The position numbers were made by a program, and so were the translations under genes. Below, one piece after another: positions 23,050-36,559 of a stretch of 64,000 nt of DNA (position 1 is the first letter of the stretch; each line of letters opens with the position of its first letter). Origin of the DNA: Phoronis australis (Eukaryota; Animalia; Phoronida); the NCBI GenBank assembly GCA_002633005.1, contig NMRA01000431.1, forward strand, positions 123,733 to 187,732, written 5' to 3'. The notes under the pieces are model-generated. The model was not told where the DNA came from, made no database searches, and worked only from the letters and a program-made list of their open reading frames with translations.

Positions 23050-24060
23050 AGCTAAATTAAAAACTGGACAATCGCCGCACAAATGAAGAAGTTTATGTTA
23101 AATCAACGTTTCATCTATTCATTAGACATCATCAGGATCATATTTACAAAGGACAGCAAGTGCCAACATACAGGTCAGGTGACATCCATGAAGTGAATTG
23201 AGAGATACAGAGTAGTCAGTAGCTGGTCATCACCATAGCTGCAGGGTCACTGAGCTCTGCATGTTGTTCAGAGAATCAGTAGCATGCTGGTTCTGAATAG
23301 CCAATGGCTCTTTAATGTACAGTAATTCCTTATTAGTTTCTCTGGAGATAACACTAACTGAATTGGTTTGGTGATTGTTGCTAGCATAGTGCCTATATAT
23401 GTTGCTTTTCTCTGAGGTGTGATGTTTTTTCAGCCTGTCCAATATAGAATTCCTTACAGTTGTCACATTCAACCTTATAAACAACATTGCTCTTGTTCAA
23501 TAAAGGGATGGGTGACTTTAATTTACATAGCATGTTGGAAAGTTTCCAAAGAGGTTTGAAAACAACTATCAGCTCAACGACTGGGTCTATGCAATGAATA
23601 AGGCGAGATAATTGATGTTTCAATTTTATATTACTAGGCCTGGTGTAACCAAGAGAAAAGAAAACTTTCTTTTTCTCGGGTCCAATAACAGCTACCTTAT
23701 CTGCTTCATTCATTTTTGAAAGGAAGTGCCTTTTACAGCTATTCAGAAAATTCAGAGGTTAACCATTGGCACACAATAACTGGAAAATCTTAGAGCTCTT
23801 GCGTCACTATCAAAACTTAAATTGGTGGAACAAAATCTCCAGGCATGGTGTAACAAGCGATTGACTATACCTCTCTTGTATTGGATCAGTACAAAACTAT
23901 GAAATTTAAGATAAAGCCCAGAAAAACTGGTCTTACGATACACATATGTTAACAACGGTGTTATTCTCACGTTTAACCAAGACATCTAGAAAAGGTAAGC
24001 ACGACTCCTGCTCAGATTCACTGGTGAAGTTGATGGACAGATGCATATTGTTCACAGCTA
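23050..24060 (-). mobile_element. Decayed Penelope-like retroelement (RT C-terminal part, GIY-YIG endonuclease, 3' pLTR) in GTF2A2 intron 1
   Basis: Minus-strand frames give NMHLSINFTSESEQESCLPFLDVLVKR (RT motif), VYRKTSFSGLYLKFHSF...YKRG (thumb), KSNVVYKVECDNCKEFYIGQ (GIY-YIG) and LYIKEPLAI, broken by frameshifts. Confidence 0.9.
23102..23138 (-). ncRNA. Minimal type I hammerhead-ribozyme motif of the Penelope 3' region
   Basis: Minus strand reads ATC-CTGATGA-T-GTCTA-atgaa-TAGAT-GAAAC-GTT-GAT: stem I ATC/GAT, intact CUGAnGA and GAAA cores, 5-bp stem II, and palindromic AACGTT in place of stem III. Confidence 0.75.
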
Positions 24061-24475
24061 ATTGTACTGAACTTCAGCGAGAAGTCACAAGGTTCAGTAA
24101 AAGGCTTTCATAGGGAATAATTACTCTTCTCGGTTAGTCATTCATGTGATTATGGACGGCACACTGGAGTAAATGCTTGTATTGTTATGGTTTAAATTTT
24201 TTTTTATGAAATTGCTTGTAATATAATGACAGTAAAGTTACCATGTCCATGACAGTCTCCTCTAAATGGACACTGCATGCATGTCAATTCCAGATCAATA
24301 GCAGACCTTATGAGCAGTGAACACTCAGAGTAGTGACTCGGTGGAGTAGTGAACCCTCAGAGAAGTGAATCCTCCGAGTAGTGAACCCTCCGGCAGTCAC
24401 ATACTAGTAAAGCAGTCCCTGCTTTAGGGTTATTCTGTGGATGAAACTAGCTCTCTAATCAATCAATGAGTAAGA

Positions 24476-24632
24476 AAGTACCACTGTCTCAACTACTCAA
24501 CTGGCCCCAGTAGTAGGGAGTGAGCAGACAGTACCACCGTCTCAACTACTCAACTGGCCCCAGTACTAGGGAGTGAGCAGACAGTACCACCGTCTCAACT
24601 ACTCAACTGGCCCCAGTACTAGGCAGTGAGTA
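24476..24632. repeat. 53-bp tandem repeat, 3 copies
   Basis: GTACCAC.GTCTCAACTACTCAACTGGCCCCAGTA at 24478, 24531 and 24584. Confidence 0.95.
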
Positions 24633-24679
24633 GAGTCGGTTGCCATCAAATCAATGAAATAGGCCTTCCATGCGCCGGA

Positions 24680-24915
24680 AGCTTTTCGACGAATTATGAC
24701 TCGCATTGATTAAACCATCAAAGTCACATTGCTATAACCACTTTTGCGCATAGAAGGACACCTTAGGAGGCCGCTGATGTCTTCAACTCTTCCACACTCG
24801 AACAAATACTCCCGCAAACAAACTTTTTTCGAACAGTCCTTCGTTCTTCATGACATTTCATTAGCCCAAATCGGCAACTGGCCAACACTGCTCGCGTCAG
24901 GGGGTTATGAAGCAG
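24680..24915 (+). repeat. Dispersed ~230-bp repeat family; other copies at about 638-845 (+), 5155-5365 (-) and 5708-5925 (+)
   Basis: Shared ordered blocks AATTATG.CTC.CA.TG, CTTAGGAGG, ACTCGAA.AAATACTCC, CAGTCCTTC and GCCCAAATC.G.AACTGG across four diverged copies. Confidence 0.7.
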
Positions 24916-24973
24916 CTGATTTTCAAAACACAAACCACTACGCATTTTCAGGTCACAACAAAACGACACAAAC

Positions 24974-25048
24974 CTGAATAAGTTCATCTAGACTTTCTTG
25001 TAAAGTATGACCAAGAGTCGTATTTCTGTACAACTGGTAACTCGCCAT
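24974..25048 (-). CDS. GTF2A2: TFIIA gamma subunit, coding exon 1 ([25 protein letters not shown])
   Basis: Minus-strand translation from ATG at 25048 matches the conserved TFIIA-gamma N-terminus ([24 protein letters not shown]). Ends at a phase-0 GT donor (CAG|gtttg). Too short for the ORF track. Confidence 0.96.
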
Positions 25049-26626
25049 ATTTCTCTGTACAGAAACCGCACCTGCTTTACGGTTATCGTTAAAAAGCAAC
25101 TGTACTACACTGACATCTGTTATTTGCAAACAAAGTCTTAACGCAAGAAGTCGGTGACTATTTCAGTTATCATTTTTCTGAAAAGGTTAAAGGACATGTC
25201 GTAAAAGCATGTGCGCACCCAGCCTAAATGGGGTGTTCGAATTTTTGAGAATATGGACCCGGCGTTTACTTGGATTCACGGGGTACGTTCAGAGCTATGA
25301 ATTGTGCATTCGCCGAATGTTTGGTTGTATCTGCCTTTTAAGTGGACTTTCATCTCTTTTCCTACTTTTCTGGTGTTTTTGTTTCTCCGAGGCGCTTGAC
25401 AAGTATTGTATCCAGTGCAAACAACGGCGAAATACTGAGCTTTTTGAGTAAGGCCCGCTCCTAGAGTGATCAGGCATGTTGAAGTAAAGATTTCAATTCG
25501 CCCAGTTCAACCGGTTAAAAAGAAAAAACTGAATGCGACATTTTACTCTCATAAAATAGGCTTCATAATTTTCCTTAATGTGATAGAATTCCAATTGCGC
25601 TATCGGCAGCAATGGGTAGCCCGACTATCATATATGCGCCATTTTCTCAGTAGTAATTCACAATGTTTAGGGCATTTGGCATACTAAACTAGGAAGCGTT
25701 TTCTCGAGTCGCTGATGTCTGCGATGTTCTTGTAGGGGTAACGAGAATAGAATCCTGTCACAGTAAGGAATCATGAGACCGATTAATGATAGTCAGAAAA
25801 AGACTAATAATTTTGATTTTTGTGTTTTAGACAGGTGAGGGTGAAATTCATGAATGTTAGGACTGTGTCATTATTAATTATACCTCCAGCAATTAGGACT
25901 GTGTCATTATTAACTATACCTCCAGCAATTGCGAACTACAGTAGTTCTCCTAACAATGATTTTCCCGCAGTTATTTCTGCATTCAAACGCAGGACTGTAT
26001 TCAACGAGTTACCTACGATCAATATAAGTCAAGAAACAGGTCCGACTACGTCACTTCCCGTTAAGTTACATACTTAATGATTGCCTGGACACTTGCTTAA
26101 TTAATGCTGAAATACAACTCCAAGGTAACCGTAAATCTGTGAATTTTAGTTAATGAATTTAAAAATTGCCGGGACTGATTTGCTGACAATCAATTACCAA
26201 AGGTAGCCTGGCTGATTCATTACATGACTGTGGAAGTTTTAGGCGGTTAAAAATGCTATGTCTCATTAAAACCGTGAATATTTTTTAAAAAATAGTAGCA
26301 AACGCCACCGTGTGACTTCTTGGAAAACTGTGTATACAAGTATAATCAGGAAAGGAAACAATTTGTAAATATAATGCGCTTTAAAAACTACCACAACTGA
26401 TTCACTTAAAAACAGCTGTAAACATATAAAAACCCCTAGTAATTCCTGGTATTATGCAATCGTTATTTGATAGTGAAATGAACAAATAATAAAAACTGTG
26501 CCATATTTTATCAGGGTAACGATGACATATTACCATACTAGTTTACATAAAAATAGTCTCGAAAAACGAGATTTTCATGAGATTGTAATGGTAACTGGTT
26601 CTCGGATGGATTCCGGGACACCAAGA

Positions 26627-26785
26627 GACCCGCCTCCCGTTCAGTAATTCTATCACCTCGGTAAAAAGCAAGACTTCGAGAGATTACGCGAGACATTGAC
26701 GTGTATTTTGAATGAGAATGCGTGACTTTGATTAGATTTTAGCTAGGTCCTAGCGTAGGTCCTAGCGTTACTGAACTCACGCCCG
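26627..26785 (-). mobile_element. ~160-bp MITE, same family as 312-470
   Basis: CCTCCCGTTCAGTAA...GCAAGACTTCG...GAGACATTG...GTGACTTTGA.TAGATTTTAG.TAGGTCCT.GCGTAGGTCC is the reverse complement of 312-470. Confidence 0.7.
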
Positions 26786-27339
26786 GGGTTGTTTGTAGGC
26801 CTAAACTGGTACTTCATTTGCATATTCACAATTTAATGAGACATAATATCTTTAAACCCGTTTATTGTTGACGAGTTCAATATTCAGCGCTGCAACGCAA
26901 TATCTGTCAAATGTAACCATTGATATCTTTGTAATTCAAGATGCACATCACCTTTGCTTTAACTGCCAATGTCGAATTCTTAACCGAAGCGCTTTGGGGG
27001 TCAAAAACATTACCACGCTCTCCCGCGAACTCAAGTCACAGCGAATGCCTAAATGTGCCATTTTCGAATTCACCATTCTAGTGTTGTCCAATCCCAGTAA
27101 ATTCAGAACCATTTTCTTGAGTCGTTGATCGTTTCAATGTTGTTTTTGTTGATAGGTGGAATCCTATCACGTGATGGAATATTATAAGACCCATTTTATG
27201 AGTGTAAAAACCTTAATTCTGTTTCGTTTTTAACCAGTTAACGAAGACTAAATGCAGATTTTACATTCATAAGGTTAATAGGTCAACTTTTAGTCCCTTT
27301 TTCTATTTCTCTTTGCCACACTTCATTTACGACGAGATT

Positions 27340-28820
27340 TCTTTAAGGACTCCAGAAAAATTACAAACTTGTCCAACTTAGCAGGAGCAACATATAACTC
27401 AGAAATGGCTGATCGGATTCATGCATATGAAAGTTTAGACACTACTCCAAAACGCTTTCGAATTTTGTACGAGGGGTTACCAAAATATAGGACTTTTAAT
27501 ATTCTTTTGAAAAATCGAAAGTTGCATAAAACGAAAACCAAATGATAATCTAGAGAACTGTGATAGCGTTTTTCAGATTTTAACTTGAACATTTCTAGTC
27601 AACAAGATCGGGCGTGTTTTTGATAAAGTAGTTTCGCTGTCAATGTGCCTTCTAGATCTTACTCAAAAGTCATGGTCACTTGACTCAAGGTACACTCAAA
27701 GCAAATGATATCAAAACATGATCAAATTTTTTATATAAATGCTTAAGACGAAATCATAAAAATGCCATTATATCAAGCAACTTGGTGTTTTTTCAGGACA
27801 ATCACGAATTTCCTATTTGATATAACTCCTCATGCACAAATGGGACATTTTAAAAACTAACAGATGGTATTACATAAAACGTAACCTAAAGTTTATATGA
27901 CTCCCATGTCATTTCTGATGTTCCGAATAGAGCCAAATTTGGACATTTTTCTAGGATACTAAATACCTTAAACCAGAGCCTTATTTTGCTCATTTCAGTT
28001 GCTCACTAAACTTGCCTAACGCGCACTCACTTTCAATATTTTTTGGCCTTTTCTTTTTTTTTCCAGTATACTTATTGACAGTTTTGATAACGTAACAAAG
28101 GTCAATCGTGCAATCAAGTATAGCCTACTGGCGATATGTAAATGTCGATCAAGCTAGTACTAGCAGCCAATTTGGGCGCGGAAAATGGAACAAAAAGATC
28201 GTCCTCCATTTAGACCCAAACATTCGTTGCTAACGAAAGCAGAAAGGCGGTTTTTGGATGACCTTAGAGCATTTACAATTCATATCAACGATTTAGGGAG
28301 TACGAACACTGAGAGGAGCTTGCAGGATATAAAACCACGTAGTAGACCTCGCGATCATCTGCATTCAGGCCCGGGAATACATGTCACAACTAACCAGTCA
28401 ACAGTGTTAGACCTCGCGATCATCTGCATTCACGGATACACGTCACGTGACTAATCAGTCAACAGTGGTAGACCACACGATCATCCGCATTTACGCCCAG
28501 GAATACACGTCACGTGACTAACCAGTCAATAGTGAAGTAAATTCCCCTTAAGTCTAAGGACCCTAGAAAAATTTCCAAATAAGGCTAACTTCGGAACATT
28601 ATTTCTCAAAAGCAGCTGATCGGATTCCTATGAAAGTTTTAAATGTCGTGCTTTATGTACTGTTGACTAAAACGCTATTACGAATTTTTTAAATGTTCCA
28701 CTTTTCCATGAGAGGTTATCAAAATATAGCAGTACAACTTTCATGAACATAATCTAACGAAAACGAAATGATAATCTAGAAAACTATAGGCAGTTTTGAG
28801 ATTTCAATTGTAGATTTTTT
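27340..28820 (+). repeat. Two diverged direct copies (about 27340-27600 and 28553-28820) of a DNA-transposon-like terminal segment
   Basis: Both begin TAAGGAC..AGAAAAATT and share GCTGATCGGATTC.TATGAAAGTTT, GGTTA.CAAAATATAG and AAATGATAATCTAGA. A related segment forms the outer arm of the 46.3-47.6 kb palindrome. Confidence 0.55.
28340..28531. repeat. ~63-bp degenerate tandem repeat, 3 copies
   Basis: AGACC.C.CGATCATC.GCATT...ATACA.GTCAC..CTAA.CAGTCAA recurs three times. Confidence 0.85.
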
Positions 28821-28869
28821 TCTAAAAAGACATGTTTTTAATAAGTTTATTTGCATAAAATGTAATTAA

Positions 28870-29350
28870 CAATGAAATACAGTAGAAAAGAAAACAAACA
28901 AAAACACATTCACTCTCACATTCACACATTCCAGCTCTGCTTGAATTTATACTGAATGTTTAAGGGTTTCAAAAAATACCAGCAAGTCAGGGGGTAATTC
29001 TCTAGATTTCATACTTTTCCGTGTCTTGACAGTGTCAAATAAAATTCGGTGAAATCTCTGAAGTATAGGAATACATGAAGACTTCGAACAAGTATATATA
29101 AAGTACTGAGCTAACGTTAATATGTGATTAATTTCGTAGCCATGATTTCCAAAGTATGGAAATAGCAAAACAAAATTTTCAGCCCGTAACAGGTTATCTC
29201 CAACGACGTTTGAAGTCCAAGTTTGTAATTTATTTCAAAAAGAAAGTACATGCTCACATTCCAAAAACAAGTGATTAAAAGTTTCTACGAGTCCACAAAA
29301 TAAACACTTGTTTTGGACTATTTTCATTTTCTTTAAAAATATTTCGTGTA
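28870..29350 (-). mobile_element. 3' remnant of an L1/Tx1-clade LINE
   Basis: Minus strand reads KMKIVQNKCLFCGLVETFNHLFLECEHVLSF*NKLQTW (CCHC zf-RVT knuckle with an in-frame stop), followed by INHILTLAQYFIYTC, typical of the L1/Tx1 ORF2 C-terminus. Confidence 0.8.
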
Positions 29351-32280
29351 AACTTTTTTATGAATGTGATAATGGTAACGAGACCAAATTATAGTCAGAT
29401 TGATAAAGAGTCACAAATCAAATTCTACGGAAATATCCACTTATTGAGTTAAAGTCTATAGTTCGGTAGACATTTGACTAAAGAAACAGACTGCTCATAA
29501 CCCTCCTACATTGACAACTTTTCACGGATGTTTTCTTTTAAACCAACAATAAAATATGTGGAACTCATCGGCGCACGTGGCCTCAATGACACCTAAGATT
29601 CGTTTTAGGCATTTTCTTATTTCCAACCGTTCATGCCAATAGTAACTACGAAAAACTTTGAACTGTCTTGTCGCGTGAAGACAGTTTTTCTTCATCTACA
29701 TTTCTGCTATGGAATACCTTAACGGCATACCTAATCGTGTCACTGAACACTGAGTTTATTGCAAAACTATAAGTAACAACCACTGTACCTAGCTATGTGA
29801 ATCGACCTGATATCTAAATGAAGTTTAGTTGATGTCAATTGGTTAGTTATTTATGAAAAGATTCAAAGATTTGGAATCGCAGATACACCGCTGACTGTAA
29901 CAGTTAACCTCCGCCTCCTCTCCAGGACACTATGATTGTGTGGTTCCATATGCGGTAACAGTTTCAGTGAAATGTCTTCGGGAACACCTGGGCTGCATAG
30001 ACGCAAGCATTTCATGAGTATAGGCCCTCTAATCACTGGCTTCGCTTGTAATGCATTGCGATATTTTATGAATCAAGTCTTTTGTGATTTTGCGTTTTCG
30101 CGAGTTTCATAGGTCTCCGGAACGCTGGGCTGCTGTTGTACTGCGACTGTAGAGAATTAAACCATATTTGCTTGCGAGACTTCACAACAGTAAATATGGT
30201 GGGCGTGGCATAACAGCTTTTGACGGAATTATCCATTCGTCCAGTCAGCATCAGGAAAATACAATTTATTATAACTGACCAATCATAGCTTCAGTTATTA
30301 TTCATGAGGTTACACAACAACTAAGAAAGAAAATAATTTTATCCTTATTTGAGGTACTGAATGGATACGGTGTTTACTTGAAAATGACGAATATGATGAA
30401 TATTCTTAACAGAGTATAAAAATTGTGAATCCAGTCAGTTTGAAGTGGCAATTAGTGGTCAAAGATAGTAATAATAATCATAATTATAATGATTAAGATA
30501 ATAATTTTCAGCTTAGGAAAAATCTCAGACAGGAGCTATGTGAAAAATTCAATAGAGGCTGATGACACTAGAGCAACTGATTCTACACCCCAACTTTTCA
30601 AAAGGATACCAGCTCCAAAATCTGAACTTAACATCGCACATGCGCATTCTTAGAACCTTATCCTTTGTACTAGAAACAATATGTTTTTTGATATATTTAC
30701 TCCGTTTTTTTGTATTTACAGGCACAACACTCAAGATTCATAAAAGAGCTGGTGGGTGTCTCTCCTTTGTTAACAGGATACTTTTATGTCTTTTATACAT
30801 TGTAGTACTTTTAAAAAGTGTTTTAACACCTTAAAAGGTGCTTATTTAGGATTAACAAATCACTCTTTATTATATTTTACTTTGAAGTTTAGAATTTTTG
30901 ACCTTCCGAAGCCGTGAACATTCATTTTAACGGATAAGCCGACCTTCTGTTATACAGGGGCGTAGGAAACGGGGGGCCGGGGGGGGGGGGGGNGGGGGGG
31001 GGGGGGGGGCACTGGCCCTCCAAAAATTTTCAAGCGTCTGGGTTAAACCGTGGCAACCGACATAGGCGTGACGCTGGGGACAGTTGAGAAAAGAAAGACT
31101 GCGAAATACGGATAAGAGAGAAATTCAAGAGAACATTTAACAACTCTGCATCAGTGCATGGTTTACCCTTTGAGGACCCTGGCCAGGACATTGTCGTTAG
31201 GGTCCCCGCTTTTGCAGCACAGGTCGTCTAAACGCACTGGAAAACGTGCACGAAATCAGTCACACATATATTTCAAAAAATCGAGAAAATTTGTGAAGCC
31301 AAGCTTTTGTGGAGCGTACTAATTTACTGGATTTTTAAATTCAATAAATCAATTTTGCGAATGGAAAACTATAATTTTCCAGATGCCACTTTCTGTCAAC
31401 GGATAACGGAGACAAATTTCGCTTTATTTTTTCTCGAAACAGTATATTACTTTAGAAAAATTGATAACCTGACAGATAACATCAATTGGTGGGAATTTTC
31501 TGATATTTGAAAATATAGATATTTTCAGATTCAGAGGCCCGCTCTTATTTGAGGCTATTGATGACACTCAAATGGCCACCCTTTTTGTGTTTTTATTGAC
31601 AAATTTTTAAGGTTCCCGCTCACGGAGAGAGGACCCAATGTTTTAATCGATTACCTCTATTTTCCTGTTTTTTGTGAAATCGTGCAACCGGCTTTCATGT
31701 TGAAGGAGGTGATTCCCTGCATCGTTCACTCTTTTTCCACGCTTAATGATGTTTAGCCTTTCATCTTAAGGTGTCCCATTTCAGACGGTACCCTCTCTCG
31801 GGGGAGCAGTTCGGGGGAAATGTCCTTTTGTCTATAATCTATCTCTATAATCCGATCCCCAAATAGTAAAGTACACTTAGACGATTTTTGCATACAAAAA
31901 ACCACTCTCAAAGACAATGATGAAATTCAGACGCACAAACCGTAGATCGAAAAAACGTTTTAAAAATGCTTATATAAATGAAATTAAACTCATTGCTTGG
32001 AAAGGTTGTCTTTGCACATCCTTGGTGTTTTTAGCTTCCAGTATTATTGAGCAATGAATTTTTGTTCTTCATAACTGAATTGATTGCTTGTCCTGATTCT
32101 CGTGCACGTCATGACTGACGTACCCAAGTTAAAACGATGTAACTCTGCAGTAGGCCCGGCGCGCAGAATCTCAGTAATCCACGGGAACTGAATTCGTACT
32201 CCATGCGTTTAGGAATTGTGTACATTTTTGGGACACACTATCCTTTTCCCCATTACCGGTCGTGCTTCAACTAGGGATGT

Positions 32281-32681
32281 CAGTGGCGGATCTAGGATAC
32301 CATAAGAGGGGCAACATGTTGCCTCGGAGAATTGGGCAAAGCGCAATTGCATTTGCATAGGCGGCCTAAAAGTTGCGGGGTTTGGGGATGTGGACCTTCT
32401 GTTCAGAAAATCTATCGGTGAAGTAAAAAAACGGGGTCACGGTTCCGCCGCGGTCTGGGGACTGAGCCCCCCTCATCCGCTACCGGTTCTAGTTATTGAC
32501 CTTTATATATCCTCACGCTTCACGCTATTGCTGTTTCATTTTGCTTGCGGCAGCCAAGGGGGCAGAGTATTAGCCATGGTTTTACCCGTCTGAGAAATTC
32601 GCAACCCCGAACTGCCAAATGAAATCTGGGAGAACTTTAGGGGATGCCATGGCCTCTTGACCACCCTTAAATCCGCCACTG
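32281..32681. mobile_element. MITE with CAGTGGCGGAT termini (related element at about 47816-48026)
   Basis: CAGTGGCGGATCTAGG at 32281 and AAATCCGCCACTG ending at 32681. The same terminus CTAGATCCGCCACTG ends at 48026. No clear TSD. Confidence 0.6.
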
Positions 32682-34345
32682 TGCTCCCCACTTAGGGCGG
32701 ACGTGGGAGATTCGGTACAAATATGGGAGGACGGGGGCGATGGGGAGGGGGTGGCGGACGTGGTGGCGATGGGGGGGGGGGTTGTCGAAATGGTTTGTGC
32801 CCCCCCACCCCAATACTTTTTGCCTTGCTGCGGGCCTGTTATATCAAAGATAGTTTTGAAAATATCTTTGCTCATTTTCTGGATATGCTTGCTCCACGGT
32901 TTTGTGTAAGTTTCCCACAGGCTTCGCACATAGGCGCGCGTGCCTTTGTTCGGAAAAGGTACGTGTGCAGCTTCGCATTAGGCATATGAACATAAATGTA
33001 TATACGTGCAGTACTTGTCATGTATTCGAAAACCAACTTTCAGATGTGAAGTTAGTTCATTGCTGATTGTCTTTGTTGGATTGTTGCTGATATTTGGTAT
33101 CTAGGGAGTGGTCGGACAAAGAGCTATTATTCACGTATAGCAATACGTCTACGCTACCATGCGCATGTTAGCAGAGTTCACAGTAGAAATAATCTTAGCG
33201 TATTTTCAGATCCATCGGATGCCAGCGGCAGCAACGCACTTTGAATGTTGTCTCCAGCGACACCTCTTTTCCTTGGGGAATCTGCAATATTATTCTACCC
33301 CGCCAGCCTGGAACACATAAAGGAACCCCAGCTAATGAAGACAGCATAGGTTTTTTATCACAACACCTATTCAAACAGTTTTACCCCTAGAGACATCGAG
33401 TGTCGGAATTTGAGCAGCGATCAGTTAATTTAGCTATGAAATTTTTACACAAATGCACAACCCAAGGGATACACACTGTTAATAGTCTATCGCTCGCATC
33501 GCTTGGATTTCACACAGCCAATTAGGATTTAATTGATAAACGTCCCCAAAGACGACGATGACTGTACCTGACAAAGGAGAATAGTAAACGTCCACCAGGT
33601 CGCGCTCTCAACATGAGCCATCGAGAAAAATCAGTGCTGCTGGCTGTTATACACGTTTCCCAATACTTAAAGTTGCATTTCAATTTCAAATACTGAGCTC
33701 AAGCCTGCTTTTGAGATCCTTTACAACGTGCAATTTTCAAATCGGATCCATAAAGAATTCCTTCCGCAGATCCCTGTATCTATATACAGAAAAAACGTAA
33801 GCCAAATACTGGAATTTGCTTACCAGACTTATTTTTTCTGTAGTTTGATACCTCAACTGGATGTCTCAAAAGATTCATACTTTTATCGCTGGATCTAGGG
33901 AACTGAATTAAAAAACGTATCTCTTGTGGTCAGTGAAACATTACTTACAGAGTAGACAATTTTATTAAACCCATGCACCACACCAGCGTATTAGTTAATA
34001 CTTTGATTTTATTATGAAAATAAATCTTTTTTCACAAAATGCGTTTCTTTTTTTCCTCCACAAGACTATATTTCTCACGGGCCACAGTCCTTTGCAGGTG
34101 CGAATTAGCACGTGGTTTTGTTACTAATGTGTAAAAACTGACTACAATACAGCAATGTAAATTTTCTTGTGAAAGTATCAATTTGATGGTTTCGAGTATA
34201 TTGACTATTTCTGATGTTTGTTTGGTTTTCAAATTTAACTTACAAGAATAGAACTTTGTCACTTTCAAAACTTCAAACCTGTGGGGATTCGTTTTGAGTG
34301 GATAGGTAGAAATTTTGTCAAATGTAGCCGTGGCACAGACCTGTC

Positions 34346-34416
34346 TAGTAATGGTGACGTAGTAATGGTGACGTAGTAATGGTGACGTAGTAATGGTGAC
34401 GTAGTAATGGTGATGT
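34346..34416. repeat. 14-bp tandem repeat (TAGTAATGGTGACG), 5 copies
   Basis: Direct reading. Confidence 0.95.
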
Positions 34417-35547
34417 AACCTTCAATTAATATTATGTCAACGCCAGAAAACCTTGTCAAATAGTCTTTAAAGTCACTTCATTGTTTCCCCAGGCACCCCC
34501 CGTTAGTCTTACAGTTCATTGTTTTCCAGGCACACCCGTTAGTCTTCATTTGGCTCCCATTCAAAAACGACCTTCATTTACGAAGTTTGCAATTATTTTT
34601 GCAATATCCAATTGGTGGATCAACTATCATATACAACGTAGATGAAAATCGTAGACAAGAATCCGAAAATATTTGGACCTGATTTGGTCACAACCCATAT
34701 GTCACTAGGTTTGCGGTGCCATACTGTAGAATAGATTATGAATGAATTAAATGCTAATATACATTGCGTGATGGCATTCATGTTAATTCTACTGGCATAC
34801 TAATTGCGTTATAACATCCTAATCCTATGATAATTAGAAATCGTTGAATTCAATTAGACAATTTGCACGAGAAACGATGTCGATACTTTAAAAGGAAACG
34901 ATACCACCAACAGATATCAGAAAACACCTGAGCCTTTTTAATTAGGAAGCGATTCAGTTGTCACATTATGAAGTGGTCATTGCTATATCGGAAATAATAT
35001 CCCTTTGCGCTGCTATAGAATATTTCGTGCGGTCAACACCTGAAAATTCTTGACCATGTTGGAGAGTTAAGACATGATTGCAATTACATATGACATGCCT
35101 ATTTCAGTGCAGAATCTAAACCTATTTCTGAGCTTTAACGAGTCAGTTGAGTAACGGGTCACAGTTTGGACGGCACCGGAGGTCTTTTATTATACTCTAC
35201 AATCAGAGTATCAGTTTCTGCATTGAATAGAAGAAACATCACCCTCAAAACATGCGCAGAAAATTGGTACCCATTCCTAATGCCCAGAATGCATAGAGTT
35301 GACAATTCTGATCAACGAGTGTGGTGTGGCCGCGCTGCACTCCCTGCTCGACAACGGTTTCCCTCTCCCCGTTCATCAGCAGTTTTTATGTCGTCTTTCG
35401 ATCTTTCACTGTCCCACCTTCCTCTCTTCGTGAGAGCTGCCGTCAGGGTCAGTCCGTCTCCTGGGTCCTTCATTCTTTAGCTTCGTCACTGTGAGAGTTG
35501 GTACCACTGGTTAGACAATGAGAAAAGTATCAGAGATAGACCTACTG

Positions 35548-35642
35548 TAACCAACAAAAGCAACAACAACAGCGATAACAATAACGACAACAATTACAGC
35601 GATAACAATAACAATAACAACAACAATAACAGAAGCAGCAAG
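35548..35642. repeat. (AAC/AAT)n microsatellite upstream of Jagged
   Basis: Direct reading. Confidence 0.9.
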
Positions 35643-35842
35643 AACTAATCTCCTAGATAACATTTTTTACAATCATCAGCCGTCGTAAAACGAGTTTTCA
35701 GATTTTGAAACAAAGTTCATAAAGGAAAAAATGTCAATTTCAAAAATTTTGCGCTATCTAATTTTACCTCTGTAGCGTAAATAATAAGCTAGTAAACCAC
35801 CCTATACATTGTTTTTCTGTCGGAATTTCTCTGAACAATCAC

Positions 35843-36376
35843 GACACGTGCTTTGCCACCGGTGCAAAATATTGATCATTCTTAGAGGCCAAACAAAAGT
35901 CTTCTTCAAACGGATTAAAAACAGTGTTTGACTACGGAAATGTGACAGCTGTTTAGCACCATTGTCTACATTTCCTAATTTGGATTACAGAAATTGCTAC
36001 TGGAAGACGCGCCACGAGTAGGCACGTGTCGACGATCATTAGACACCAGGAGTCTTTTTTCTGCAGCACGCTTTTCTATTAAAATTCCATCACTGTGTTT
36101 CCACAAGTTTATGTAGGGCGGGCAGTGTGCTAATTAAGTCTTCAGAGGTGCTCGATTCGTTCTAAGCAGTTATTCATTTTTAAGTTGTATAAGACAGTGT
36201 ACGCTATTTCTGCTGAAACTTGAAAAAATCTCCGGCACGTGCCGATTATCTGCGGTGCAAACCGATGTTTGTGTTTACGGTTGTAGTGGAATTTTAGCCA
36301 CTTCTCTGAGCATGCGCGTAACGCTTGGCTAGAGTTGTATGTGTAGGACAACTAGTCGGACGTTTTTATTCCCACA
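35843..36376 (+). promoter_or_regulatory. Putative Jagged proximal promoter with Hes/E(spl)-type boxes and a CSL/Su(H) site
   Basis: CACGTG at 35845, N-box CACGAG at 36013, GGCACGTGTC at 36021, CGGCACGTGCCG at 36233, TTCCCACA at 36369. Relatively CpG-rich and immediately 5' of the ATG. Confidence 0.5.
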
Positions 36377-36559
36377 CTCAAAAGTCACAAGAAATTTTGG
36401 AGTTTTTTGCTTGACGTGTTTAGAGGTGTAAGACAGGAGAGTGGACATATGGAGTTACTATCAGTGAGAGTTCTTCGTCTTTGCAAGTGCGTCGGCTGAA
36501 GGTATGAAGAGGAAAGACCGGGCGAAATTTGTTGCCGTGTTCTGTGACCATCTGAAGGC

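Noticed and set aside
30971-31009. Long poly-G tract as a functional G-quadruplex
   Set aside because: It lies just inside a CAGGGGCGTAG transposon-like terminus and contains an N, so its length is unreliable.
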